This document shows, piece by piece, positions 1 through 9,499 of a DNA stretch of 64,000 bases (within the stretch, counting starts at the first letter, position 1; every line of letters starts with the position of its first letter). The DNA lies in assembly GCA_045532035.1 (NCBI GenBank), contig JAZSFD010000107.1, positions 383 through 64,382 on the forward strand, read 5' to 3'. The DNA comes from Eubacteriales bacterium (GTDB lineage Bacteria > Bacillota > Clostridia > Oscillospirales > CAG-382). The notes under the pieces are model-generated. The model searched no databases. It was not told where the DNA came from and saw only the letters and a list, made by a program, of their open reading frames with translations. A program made the translations under genes and the position numbers.

Positions 1-2630
1 CGGGAGCAAAATATATCGTTGTTGACTACTACTATAAGTCTCCCGATGCGGCTCCTTCCCTTAACGGTCATCGGATGACCTGGACTCAGGTCAATATTTG
101 CGGTGACAAGGAGATAACAAGCGGCATAAGCTTCGGCGTTTCGGTAAAATCCCGCAACGGAATGGTTGCAAACAAATGGGATCAGCTTGTTTTCCCGCTT
201 GGGGAGGCTTCTGCAGAAAAGAGGGCAAAGCTTACCGACGATATCTATTATCTCAGACAGATCAAGCTCTATCCTCTTCTCGGAGAGGCGAATATGGGCA
301 AGAACGACGTGCTTTACATATCTGATGTATCTGTTCAGAGCTGGGATCCCGCTGTCGGAAACATCATTCTCGACAGAAAGGCAAGCTTTTTTGCAAGCGA
401 GACCGATCAGACAGCACTCACAGTTGTGAACACAAAGGACCTTGAATACTATACTATTCCCGAATTTACCGGAAAGGCTCCCGAAAACATGGAGTTCCTT
501 ACCTGGAAATGCACCTTTGACAATAAGACCTACAAGCCCGGAGCATCAGTTCAGATGCGCGCGGGACAGGATATTTCCTACATTCCCGTTTTCAACTATG
601 TCTTTGACTTTGCAGGACTTGAAACAGCTTATATCAACGGTTATCCCGACGGCACCTTCCTTCCTCAGAACAATGTTACCCGTGCCGAAGCCTGCAAGAT
701 CATCGCATCTCTTGTAAATCCCGCGGGCAAGGATATGGGTACCACTGCTTTTGCGGATGTTGCCGCTGATGCATGGTATTACAACGCTGTTACCACTCTC
801 GAAAGCTTAGGTGCTCTTTCGATCTTGAGCGGAAATTTCGAGCCCAACACCAAGATTACCCGTTCGGAATTTGTTGAGATCATCTATGCCATTGCCGACA
901 AGAATTACGGCAGTGTCAGACTCACAAACATTTCCGATGTTGATACAAAGGACAGATTTTTCGATGCTGTAATGTACGCAGTTTCCAACGGCATCGTTAC
1001 AGGCTATGAGGATGGCTCCTTCAAGCCCGAAAACAACATCACCCGTGCCGAGACTGTGACTGTCATCAACCGTTTCATCGGCAGAGTTTCAAACGGAGCG
1101 GGCGACAGCAAATTCTCTGATATCGCCGATCATTGGGCAAAGGGACAGATCATCGCCTCTGCCACCGCGAAAGCTGACGGCACATGGACTGTCGATGCGA
1201 CAGAAAAGAAGTATGTTCTTGAGGGAACAGGTGCCGGTGAATACATCAAGGCTCTTCACACTCAGGCAAAGGGACTGACCGGTGACGCTGTGCGCGAGGG
1301 TGTTGATGTTATCGCCGAGCAGATGAAGAAAGACCTTCTTGCACCCCCCAACACTGCAGACATCTACGGCGACCTCATGAGCGGCAACACATATTATGTT
1401 TCCGAAAAGAACGGCAGCGACGAAAACAACGGCAGATCGCCTGATAAGGCTCTCAAGACCCTTTCGGCTCTTGAGCAGAAGCTCAGATTCCCCAAGAAGG
1501 GAACAGCAATTCTTTTTGAGCGCGGCGGCGTTTACCGCGGAAAGATCAATATGCTTCAGAGCTGTATCTACGGCTCCTACGGCGAGGGAGAAAAGCCTAT
1601 CATCACTTCTTCTCCCAAAAATTTCGCAGATCCCGCTCTCTGGAAGGCGACAGATGTTCCCAATGTTTATGAGCTGACAGACAAGCTTGCAAATGTCGGA
1701 ATTATGGCGTTTGATCATGACCTTACCGCTCATGGAAACTATGATGCTCTCTACGGTACTCCGAGATATTACGGAAAGCACGTTTCGGGCTATGCAAATC
1801 TTTCAAAGGATCTCGAATTTTATCCCACAAACGATACCCTTTATCTCTATTGCGAGGGCGGAAATCCCGGCGAAAGATTCAAGTCTATCGAGATCGGCCC
1901 CAAGGTCACAACTCTGGGCGGCTCGGGTACAGATGTTGTTGTTGACAATCTCAACGTAAGATTCACCGGCGCTCACGGTATCGGTGTTACCTATGCAAAG
2001 AACTTCACTGTTACAAACTGTGAATTCGCATGGATCGGCGGTTCTCAGATGGGCTCATATGACAGCGGAAGCGGATCGTACGGAAACGCTGTTCAGCTGT
2101 ACGGAAGCTGTGACGGATATTATGTTAAGAATAACTGGATGTATCAGATCTATGATACAGCTGTAACCCATCAGGGTGTTGACTACACCATGAACAACAT
2201 TGAATATTCCGGAAACCTTATGGAATATACCCACTGGGGAATTGAGTGCTGGATATCAAAGAGCGTCAAGAGCCCCGAGTCCCACAACTATATCGCAAAG
2301 GACAATGTTCTTCGCAACTGCGGCTATGGTTGGGGAACCATCGTTGCAAACCGCGCGAGCGCGGCGCGCCTTTATTCCTTCACCACACTTGATGCCAAGA
2401 ACAGCAACCTCAAGTGTGAAAACAACATCCTCGACCGCTCGGCAGGATATCTTATAGATGTCGACAAGCGCTCATCCGAGGAATTTGATTCCAACATCTA
2501 TATTCAGAACAAATACAAAAACCTCGGCTCCCTCAAGGGCAGATCGGCAAACGCACTCAACAACGCGGCAGAGATGATACTTGACAATCTCAAGGACAAG
2601 AATCTCGTATTTGTACTGATTACGGAATAA
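1..2630 (+). CDS. Cell-surface protein with three SLH (S-layer homology) repeats and a C-terminal right-handed beta-helix (pectin-lyase-fold-like) domain; the 5' end lies outside the window
   Basis: The frame is open from nt 3 with no stop before the first ATG at 75, so the gene begins upstream of the window. SLH-type repeats lie at ~600-1110 (YINGYPDGTFLPQNNVTRAEACKIIASLV; FADVAADAWYYNAV..ITRSEFVEII; DAVMYAVSNGIVTGYEDGSFKPENNITRAETVTVINRF). Beta-helix-like repeats follow (NVRFTGAHGIGVTYAKNFTVTNCEFAWIGGS, NNWMYQIYDTAVTHQG). The gene ends at a stem-loop terminator. Confidence 0.75.
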   Translation, partial: GAKYIVVDYYYKSPDAAPSLNGHRMTWTQVNICGDKEITSGISFGVSVKSRNGMVANKWDQLVFPLGEASAEKRAKLTDDIYYLRQIKLYPLLGEANMGKNDVLYISDVSVQSWDPAVGNIILDRKASFFASETDQTALTVVNTKDLEYYTIPEFTGKAPENMEFLTWKCTFDNKTYKPGASVQMRAGQDISYIPVFNYVFDFAGLETAYINGYPDGTFLPQNNVTRAEACKIIASLVNPAGKDMGTTAFADVAADAWYYNAVTTLESLGALSILSGNFEPNTKITRSEFVEIIYAIADKNYGSVRLTNISDVDTKDRFFDAVMYAVSNGIVTGYEDGSFKPENNITRAETVTVINRFIGRVSNGAGDSKFSDIADHWAKGQIIASATAKADGTWTVDATEKKYVLEGTGAGEYIKALHTQAKGLTGDAVREGVDVIAEQMKKDLLAPPNTADIYGDLMSGNTYYVSEKNGSDENNGRSPDKALKTLSALEQKLRFPKKGTAILFERGGVYRGKINMLQSCIYGSYGEGEKPIITSSPKNFADPALWKATDVPNVYELTDKLANVGIMAFDHDLTAHGNYDALYGTPRYYGKHVSGYANLSKDLEFYPTNDTLYLYCEGGNPGERFKSIEIGPKVTTLGGSGTDVVVDNLNVRFTGAHGIGVTYAKNFTVTNCEFAWIGGSQMGSYDSGSGSYGNAVQLYGSCDGYYVKNNWMYQIYDTAVTHQGVDYTMNNIEYSGNLMEYTHWGIECWISKSVKSPESHNYIAKDNVLRNCGYGWGTIVANRASAARLYSFTTLDAKNSNLKCENNILDRSAGYLIDVDKRSSEEFDSNIYIQNKYKNLGSLKGRSANALNNAAEMILDNLKDKNLVFVLITE

Positions 2631-2642
2631 CAGATAACATTC

Positions 2643-2690
2643 AAAGGAGCTGTAAAAACTTCGTTTTTATAGCTCCTTTTGTTTTTTATA
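2643..2690. terminator. Bidirectional rho-independent terminator between convergent genes
   Basis: AAAGGAGCT (2643-2651) pairs with AGCTCCTTT (2671-2679) and is followed by TTGTTTTTT. It sits between the stops at 2630 (+) and 2711 (-). Confidence 0.7.
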
Positions 2691-2710
2691 TCTTTTATAA
2701 TTATTTGTAA

Positions 2711-4961
2711 TTATTCGTAAAAATTGCGTGAAATGACCTCCGCCTGCCATTCGGGAGAAAGGCTTGTGAATTTTGCCGAGAAGCCGCAGACGCGGACAAT
2801 AAGATCAGGATATTTTTCGGGATGCTTTTGTGCATCAAGCAATTGCTCCTTTGTGGTGCAGTTGAGCTGAAGCGACTGCATGGCTGTACCTGCGCAGGCA
2901 CGAAGAAAAGCCTCACAAATGTCAAGAGTTATCTTATCAGATGGGAGAATGATGTTGACCACGCTGTTTGCACCGAGAGTTTTAGCATCAAGACACGCAA
3001 GACTGTTTATGACGCTTGTGACCGACGGAATCTTTTTGAGTCTTGAGGGTGTCAGTCCTTGTGAAAAATACTCTCCGTTGTGTCTTCCGTCGGGAGTGGC
3101 AAGGGTTTTTTCTGCCCACCAGCGGATCTCGGTGTAGGTCAGATGCCCGAGATGCACTTTTCCGCCATAAGTGCCGGTAAGAGCGCTTGTCATCCTGTAA
3201 AGATCATTGTTGAAGCGGTTTGCAAGCTGGCAGGATTCCTCGCTTCCGTCACCCCAACCGGGACAGTTTATTGCCTGAAGCCTTAAGTCCTCATATCCTT
3301 CCCAGTTGGCGCGTACTGCGTCAAGCATCTGCGAAAGGGTGTATTGCTTTGTGTCAAAGCAGAGCTTTTTGATCGCGAGCAGAGAGTCAACGATGTTGGG
3401 AAGTCCGACGCAGAGAAAATAATCATCTTTTACTCTTGCGCCGCCTGCCGTGAAGTCTTTTTTCTTTTCGATGCAATCGTCAAGGGTACTTGAAAAGATC
3501 GGAGTGGGGTCGACCTTGTCGCGTATCTGTCCGCCGAGGGTCGTGATTCTGAGCCTTTCTTTGAAAAGAATGTCGATGTTGTCGCAGAGTATTCTGTAAA
3601 ACTCCTCAAAGCTTTGTGCCTCATCAAAGGTCTCAAAATGCATTCCCACATAGTCAATTTTGTCAAAGCGGCGGTGGAGTGCATATTCAAAGGGACGCAA
3701 AAGGTTCATATATGAGCCGTGGTCATATTTTTCTATTTCCTGTGTCGTTGCACCCCAACAGCCCGAAACAAGATAGTCTCGCGCTTCCTCCACACTTCTG
3801 CCGTTGTTTATAAAGGCGGGAATTGTGGCGTCGTCGTTCTGGATAAGGACGGTGCTTGTGCCTGCGATGATGGCTTTGTTGATTTCGTCAAGATATTCTT
3901 TTGGAGAGTTTTTTGAATAGCGGCATTTGATCTTCGGAAAGATGATCTTTTCCTCGCGGGTGGCGCGCAAAAGCAGGATTGTCAGCTCATTGCACAAAGG
4001 ATCACCGTTTTTTTCGCAACCGCCGATGGTGTAGGTGTTTTCAAGCTCATGGTCGGCATATCCCACCATCTTCATATCGTGGCATAGTGCATATCCCAGG
4101 TGATTAGGAATTTGCAGATAAGGTCATAAGCCTCGTCCTTTGTGACGACACCCTTTTCAATGTCGTTTTTATAAAAAGGATAAAGATCCAGGTCGATTCT
4201 TCCGAAGGTGTTGGGACCGACGCCCTCAAGGGCGCCAAGACCGCGACGGATGAAGCAGAGCGTGGCGAGAGCTTCATAAAAGCTTTCGGGTCTTTCCCAC
4301 GGAACGCGCTTTGCGGTGTCGGCAATGAGTGAAAGATTTTTTCTTTCCTCGGCGTTTTTTGCATTTTCGAGAAGAGAATACGCTTTGCTTGAGAACTTTT
4401 CGCACATCCTTTTAAGGCAGAGCATACCCTCGCATATTGCATTCAGAAAAGCTTTTTCTTCGTCTGTTGTTGCTGTTTCAAGAGCGTTCTTTGCCTTCTC
4501 GTAAACTCCCGAAAGACCGACTTTTAGGAAGGGCGGTTGTTTATGGAAAAATGCTGATGAACATCATTGTAAGGACCGCAGACAAGATAAAAGAGTTCCT
4601 CATAGCCCTGCCTGCATCTAAGTTCCCAAAGAGAGGGGTCCTGATCGATAAAAAGGTGTTCGTTTTTGAAATATGTCCATCCGCCGGCGTGCTTGTTGCC
4701 GTGATACATACGGGAACCGTCGCTGAGCGCCGTGATGGTGCCGGTTTCATGATAAAAGGGGGAATTTGCGAAAACGACAGGCTCAAACATATCGGTGATG
4801 ACCTTGTACTGAAGAGCTTTTGTCTGATAGGGGTTCATGTCATCGGTGAATCTTTTGTCGATTTCGGGCATACATTTGTCAAAAAAAGCGCGGGCGCTTT
4901 TGTCTGCCTTGCCTGACAGGTAATATGCTTTCAGTTCTTCGCGCATGGCGGTGTTTGTCAT
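2711..4961 (-). pseudogene. Glycyl radical enzyme (PFL-like) broken by two frameshifts; no adjacent activase
   Basis: Three ORFs in three different minus-strand frames together spell one GRE: 4524-4961, 4072-4425 (its frame stays open upstream to ~4540 and reads ..PPFLKVGLSGVYEKAKNALE..), and 2711-4075. Motifs read N to C: the N-terminal helical region, ITLGG-like TIGGCEKNGDPLCNELT, Cys loop LVSGCWGA, and C-terminal glycyl-radical loop LIVRVCGFSAKF. The frame changes lie near 4530-4545 and 4080-4095. Confidence 0.75.
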
Positions 4962-5090
4962 GAGAAAAACCTCCTTGTTTCTGTTATCATGATTGTAGCA
5001 TTCCTTTTTATTCTTATCAATGCAATATAAGGAAATTTATTATTTACAAACATATGGCTTTTAGATATAATTATGACAAGAGGTGAGAGC

Positions 5091-5846
5091 ATGAGATTTG
5101 AAAACATCAAGATAAAGGATATAGAATGTGCGGTTCAATTCAAAACCAAAACTCTCGGCTGGGTAGCAAAAAATCGCAAAGATCATATTGTCGGCATCGA
5201 GCTTTCGGGCAGATCTTTTCATGACTTCGGATATCAGTCGATGACACTTGAAAAAAACGACATTCCTTTCTTTAATCAAAAGGATGATTACAAAGTCAGC
5301 GTTTTCGAAAAAGGTGAATCTCTGAGTATACATTTTACGACATATGAGGACATCGAAACCGATTCTTTCTGCATAAAGGGGGCGGGTACACTCAAAATGA
5401 TAACACTTCTTGAACGCATCGTGAAGGAAAGCTCGTTTTCGGGAAACGATCTGAAGCTGACCGAGCTTTTCTATCGCCTGTGCGGAATGATCGAGCGGGC
5501 AAGAAAAAAGGCTTATTCAAAAAAGGATCAGCGCATGGCAGATGCTGTGGAATATATCGACCGCAACTACCGCGAGCACGGGTGTATAGAAAAAGCAGCC
5601 GAAAACGCACAGATAACCCGCCGCCGCTTCAACGACCTTTTCAAAAATCATTTCGGTATTACTCCCAACCGCTATATCGTCAAGCTCAAGACCGAATATG
5701 CCAAACAACTCCTTGCGGTAGAGGATCTGTCGGTTTTGGAAATATCCGCACTGTGCGGTTTTTCGGACATATACTATTTCAGCAGGGTCTTCAAGAGCGA
5801 AACAGGGCTTTCACCGAGTGAGTTTCGGATGAAGGGTCAAGAGTGA
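5091..5846 (+). CDS. AraC/XylS-family transcriptional regulator
   Basis: C-terminal double HTH (ITRRRFNDLFKNHFGITPNRYIVKLKTEYAKQLL .. ISALCGFSDIYYFSRVFKSETGLSPSEFR). A GAGGTG RBS lies just upstream of ATG 5091; ATG 5073 is the alternative start. The gene is divergent from the decayed GRE. Confidence 0.8.
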   Translation: MRFENIKIKDIECAVQFKTKTLGWVAKNRKDHIVGIELSGRSFHDFGYQSMTLEKNDIPFFNQKDDYKVSVFEKGESLSIHFTTYEDIETDSFCIKGAGTLKMITLLERIVKESSFSGNDLKLTELFYRLCGMIERARKKAYSKKDQRMADAVEYIDRNYREHGCIEKAAENAQITRRRFNDLFKNHFGITPNRYIVKLKTEYAKQLLAVEDLSVLEISALCGFSDIYYFSRVFKSETGLSPSEFRMKGQE

Positions 5847-5856
5847 TATTTTGATG

Positions 5857-5888
5857 AAAAAGCCGCAAACTGCAAGTTTGCGGCTTTT
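5857..5888. terminator. Bidirectional rho-independent terminator
   Basis: GCCGCAAACT (5862-5871) pairs with AGTTTGCGGC (5875-5884) across a 3-nt loop, flanked by an A-run and a T-run. It sits between the stops at 5846 (+) and 5897 (-). Confidence 0.8.
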
Positions 5889-5896
5889 ATAATATA

Positions 5897-7213
5897 TCAG
5901 AGAATGGGATAGCCTGCTTTTTCGTGAGCTTCATAAAGCTCATCGCACATCTTGATTATGTCGTCGATCGAAAGCTGAGCTCCCGTATGAGGCTCGAGCA
6001 TTGCCGCCTGATAGATATGCTCTTTCTTTCCCGTGACGGCAGCCTCGATGGTGAGAATCTGGGCGTTGATGTTGGTCATGTTCATTGCCGCGCACTGAAC
6101 GGGGAGGCGTCCGACATGGGTGGGATGGATTCCGTGACCGTCCACAAGACAGGGAACTTCAACGCAGGCATCAGAGGGGAGATTGTCGATAAGACCGCGG
6201 TTGATGACATTGCCGCCGATCTTGAAGGGATTGTTTGTGACGATGGCTTTCATGATGTGGGAAGCATATTCATGGGTGCGCGAATGTTCAATGTCGCCGC
6301 CGTTCAGAAGCTCTTCCTTCTGCTTTGCCCAACGCTCGATCTGGAGCTCGCATCTTCTGGGATATTCGTCGAGCGGAATGTTGAATTTTTCAATAAGCTC
6401 GGGATAATTCGGCTTGATATAGAAGTAGTTGTATTCTGCGTTGTGCTCCGAGCTTTCGGTGCAGTAATAGCCGAGCTTGTCGATATAGTCAAAACGAACC
6501 ATGTCATGATGCTTTTCGGTTTCGTTTTTGATCTTTGCAAGGCGCTTGATCTCGGGATAAAGATCGCGGCCGTCCTTGTCGCGTATGTCAAGCAGCCAAC
6601 CCATGTGATTGATTCCTGCGATAAGCTCGGAACCGATCTGCACATCTTTAAGTCCCAGATGGTCAAGAAGCTGTCTTGAGCATACCTGAACGCTGTGGCA
6701 CAGACCGATGGTGTTGACGCCTGTGTAGCGCTGCATATATCCCGAAAGGATCGCCATGGGGTTGGTGTAGTTGAGGAAAAGCGCGTCGGGGCAGACCTCC
6801 TCCATGTCCTTTGCAAAACCTTTGAGAACATGAATCGTGCGCAGACCTCGGAAGATGCCGCCGATGCCAAGAGTGTCACCGATGGTCTGACGGAGACCGT
6901 ATTTCTTGGGGATTTCAAAGTCGATCTTTGTGCAGGGGTCATAAAGTCCGACCTGGATGGCATCGATCACAAATCTTGCACCGCGCAGAGCTTCCTTTCT
7001 TTGTTCAACCCCCAGATGCTTTGTGATCTTTGCCTTTGAGCCGTTGTACTTTTTATTGAGGACATCGATGACGATATAGGATTCTTCAAGACGGTTGCTG
7101 TCGATATCATAAAGCGCGATCTCACATTCGCAAAGAGCGGGAGTGAGAAGCGTGTCTCCCAAAACATTTTTTGCAAAAACGGTGCTGCCTGCACCCATGA
7201 AGGTTATTTTCAT
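5897..7213 (-). CDS. melA: Alpha-galactosidase, glycoside hydrolase family 4 (NAD+/Mn2+ dependent)
   Basis: Collinear with E. coli MelA as I recall it: KITFMGAGSTVFAKNVLGD, NYTNPMA, GLCHSVQ, GINHMGW, ESSEHNAEY, LDEYPRRC, INRGLIDNLP, CVEVPCLVD. I moved the start to ATG 7213, which has AGGAGAG 7 nt upstream. Confidence 0.9.
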   Translation of the reverse strand: MKITFMGAGSTVFAKNVLGDTLLTPALCECEIALYDIDSNRLEESYIVIDVLNKKYNGSKAKITKHLGVEQRKEALRGARFVIDAIQVGLYDPCTKIDFEIPKKYGLRQTIGDTLGIGGIFRGLRTIHVLKGFAKDMEEVCPDALFLNYTNPMAILSGYMQRYTGVNTIGLCHSVQVCSRQLLDHLGLKDVQIGSELIAGINHMGWLLDIRDKDGRDLYPEIKRLAKIKNETEKHHDMVRFDYIDKLGYYCTESSEHNAEYNYFYIKPNYPELIEKFNIPLDEYPRRCELQIERWAKQKEELLNGGDIEHSRTHEYASHIMKAIVTNNPFKIGGNVINRGLIDNLPSDACVEVPCLVDGHGIHPTHVGRLPVQCAAMNMTNINAQILTIEAAVTGKKEHIYQAAMLEPHTGAQLSIDDIIKMCDELYEAHEKAGYPIL

Positions 7214-7378
7214 GATTGATCTCTCCTTTTCGGTTTTCTTGTTCAAACCTGTTATGAGCCGATTATATCACGGAAAAGATAAAAAAGAATTGTATTTTGT
7301 AACATATACATGTTAAAATGTAACCAATATGAGACAAAACTTCTTAAAACCATGTTGTTAAGTAACTGAGGTGAAGAA

Positions 7379-8149
7379 ATGCGCAATCATTATGATCTTA
7401 CAGCCGACAATTCGGGCAGAGTGTGTGCAGAGCTTGTTCCAACCGTTTTGGGGGAGGAGGAATGTGTGCCCTCCCATTCTTTCGGACCGTATATCAGAGA
7501 ATATTTTCTCATTCATTATTGCATTTCGGGAAAAGGAATCTTTTCTGTCAACGGCAAAACTTATGAGGTTGGAAAAGGGGATATTTTCATAATTTGTCCC
7601 GGTCAGCCGACGGTGTACACTGCTGACAAGGATGATCCCTGGCATTATGCCTGGATAGGCTTTTCGGAAAAAGAAGCAGAGCGCATAAGGACTCTGCCGC
7701 CTGTCATGCCATATCGTGCCGAGACCTTTTTGCGTGTTGCCGAGTTTGCGCGCATGGGGGTAAGAAATTATGAAATATATCTTTCGCACATTTATGAGAT
7801 TCTTTATTATCTTTTTTCCGACCGTGAAACAAACCGCGATGTCTGCAAGCAGGTTAACGACTATATAAGACTCAACTATATGCAGGAGCTGACGGTGGAG
7901 AGCATATCTTCCCGCTTTGGACTCAACCGCCGATATCTTTCGCGCATTTTCAAGGCAAAATACGGTGTCGCTGGCAAGGAATATATTGTGACGGTCAGAT
8001 GCCACATGGCGGCAGAGTTTTTGAAAAACGGATATAATGTTTCCGAGGCGGCACTTATGACGGGATATTCCGATCAGTTTGGATTTTCAAAAATGTTCCG
8101 CAAAGTGGTGGGCACATCTCCCTCTGAATACAAGGGCAACAATGAATAA
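7379..8149 (+). CDS. AraC-family regulator (cupin sensor + HTH), probably the melA regulator
   Basis: N-terminal cupin (FLIHYCISGKGIFSVNGKTYEVGKGDIFIICPGQP) and C-terminal AraC HTH (GYSDQFGFSKMFRKVVGTSPSEY). It is divergent from melA, with GAGGTG upstream of the ATG. Confidence 0.8.
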   Translation: MRNHYDLTADNSGRVCAELVPTVLGEEECVPSHSFGPYIREYFLIHYCISGKGIFSVNGKTYEVGKGDIFIICPGQPTVYTADKDDPWHYAWIGFSEKEAERIRTLPPVMPYRAETFLRVAEFARMGVRNYEIYLSHIYEILYYLFSDRETNRDVCKQVNDYIRLNYMQELTVESISSRFGLNRRYLSRIFKAKYGVAGKEYIVTVRCHMAAEFLKNGYNVSEAALMTGYSDQFGFSKMFRKVVGTSPSEYKGNNE

Positions 8150-8151
8150 GA

Positions 8152-8183
8152 GCATCCCCGAAGACTATTTTCTTCGGGGATGC
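8152..8183. terminator. Stem-loop between convergent genes
   Basis: GCATCCCCGAAGA (8152-8164) pairs with TCTTCGGGGATGC (8171-8183), a 13-bp perfect stem. The U-tracts on both sides are weak. Confidence 0.6.
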
Positions 8184-8203
8184 CGTCATTTTATGTTATT
8201 CGG

Positions 8204-9400
8204 TTAAATGTGAAGGACAACGCCGTCTTTCGTAAGGGCATCCTGAAGCTTTTTGATATCAAGGCTGTCAAAATCGTCGGACATGGCAGCAGCCGTTCCT
8301 GCCGCCTGACCTGTAACCGAACAGCAGGGGATAACACGCGTAATATCCCACATGGCATCGGTGTTGGAAATACATCTTCCTGCGGCGACAACATTTTTGA
8401 GATCGCCGTAAAGACATCTGAAGGGCACTTCATAAATAGGTCCGGGCTTTCTCCAGTCGGAAATGAGACCGATGCTGTCCTCAAAATACTTGTGATCCTC
8501 GGTGTCATCGAGGGTGTATTTTCCTGAAGGTCTGCGGGTCATGCGAACCTGCGGAATGGTGGCAATGGTGGAAATGGCGCGCTCACGATCCATCGTTTCG
8601 CCGCGCTTCATGAAATCGGAGAGAACCTTTTCGTGGGAAAGCTGGACCATTTCCGAAAGCTCTTTTCCGTCAAGGCCTGCAAATCTGCGGTTGATAAGAA
8701 GCTCGGTTGGGCGGCGCTTGTCCTTGTCCTTGTCGGGAACATCACAGCAACCGATGGGATGAATTGTGTATTTTCCGTTTTCTGTGGCAAAATACCATGC
8801 GGCAAGAATGTTGCCCTGACCGAACTTTTCGGTTTTTGCACCTGCGAGAGCAAAAACATCCGCATCTCCCGAAGCGTCGACAACGCTCCTTACCTTGATG
8901 GCGGAGCGTCCCGATTTGTTTTCGATAAAGAGAGCATCAACTTTTCCGTCGGTCACATTTGCAGCGCATACGCTTGTGCCGTAAAGTATCTCGACATTTT
9001 CTTTTAAGAGCAACTGTTCAGCGAGAATCATGAAGGTCGGGCCGTTGTAATCGACCATATAACGCCCGCCGTTCTTCTTTTCTTCGTCAGTGCCGTTTTC
9101 TACCCAAGCCTTCGGATATCTTCCCTCACAGCCATATTTGATGGAAAGCTTCAGAAGCTCTTCGGCAATGCCGAAGCTTACCTGACGGCCGCATCCGTCG
9201 CAGATGGGAAGATAAATGGTGACAAGACCAAGCGTTGCAAGACCGCCGAGGGCAAACTGCTTTTCGATAAGTATTGTTTTTGCACCGTGGCGGGCCGAAG
9301 CAATTGCTGCGGCAATTCCCGCAATACCTCCGCCGACGACGGCGACATCATATTCACCGTATACGGGAATCTGTTTTGCTTTTTCTTCGATGTAGTTCAT
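8204..9400 (-). CDS. FAD-dependent oxidoreductase, substrate unknown
   Basis: Dinucleotide-binding motif VAVVGGGIAGIAAAIASARHGAKTILIEKQFALGG near the N-terminus. I moved the start to ATG 9400 (MNYIEEK), which has AAGGAG upstream. Confidence 0.65.
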   Translation of the reverse strand: MNYIEEKAKQIPVYGEYDVAVVGGGIAGIAAAIASARHGAKTILIEKQFALGGLATLGLVTIYLPICDGCGRQVSFGIAEELLKLSIKYGCEGRYPKAWVENGTDEEKKNGGRYMVDYNGPTFMILAEQLLLKENVEILYGTSVCAANVTDGKVDALFIENKSGRSAIKVRSVVDASGDADVFALAGAKTEKFGQGNILAAWYFATENGKYTIHPIGCCDVPDKDKDKRRPTELLINRRFAGLDGKELSEMVQLSHEKVLSDFMKRGETMDRERAISTIATIPQVRMTRRPSGKYTLDDTEDHKYFEDSIGLISDWRKPGPIYEVPFRCLYGDLKNVVAAGRCISNTDAMWDITRVIPCCSVTGQAAGTAAAMSDDFDSLDIKKLQDALTKDGVVLHI

Positions 9401-9417
9401 TTTCTGCTCCTTAGTTA

Positions 9418-9457
9418 GAAATGAGAAATTAGAAATGTGAAATGTGAAATTCATTTC
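9418..9457. repeat. Five in-phase heptamer repeats (GAAATNN) followed by one inverted copy
   Basis: GAAAT starts at 9418, 9425, 9432, 9439 and 9446, an exact 7-nt period. ATTTC follows at 9453-9457. On the minus strand this reads as (AUUUCNN)x5 ending 6 nt before the AAGGAG of the oxidoreductase gene. Confidence 0.8.
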
Positions 9458-9499
9458 TTATTACACATTGCTCATTCCTTATTACTCACTCGTTATATT

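Noticed and set aside
1089-1781. 230-aa minus-strand ORF inside the SLH/beta-helix gene
   Set aside because: It is the antisense shadow of a motif-supported CDS and has no RBS or recognisable domain.
5924-6963. ORFs 5924-6679 (+) and 6304-6963 (-) overlapping melA
   Set aside because: melA is collinear with E. coli MelA over its whole length, so these are alternative-frame artefacts.
7358-8005. 215-aa minus-strand ORF opposite the AraC gene, and likewise 15822-16541 (-), 40536-41294 (-), 43326-44105 (+), 46672-47388 (-), 48434-49282 (+)
   Set aside because: Each is antisense to a CDS with clear family motifs (AraC, TIM barrel, KdgK, GRE, GalE, GRE). None has an independent signal.
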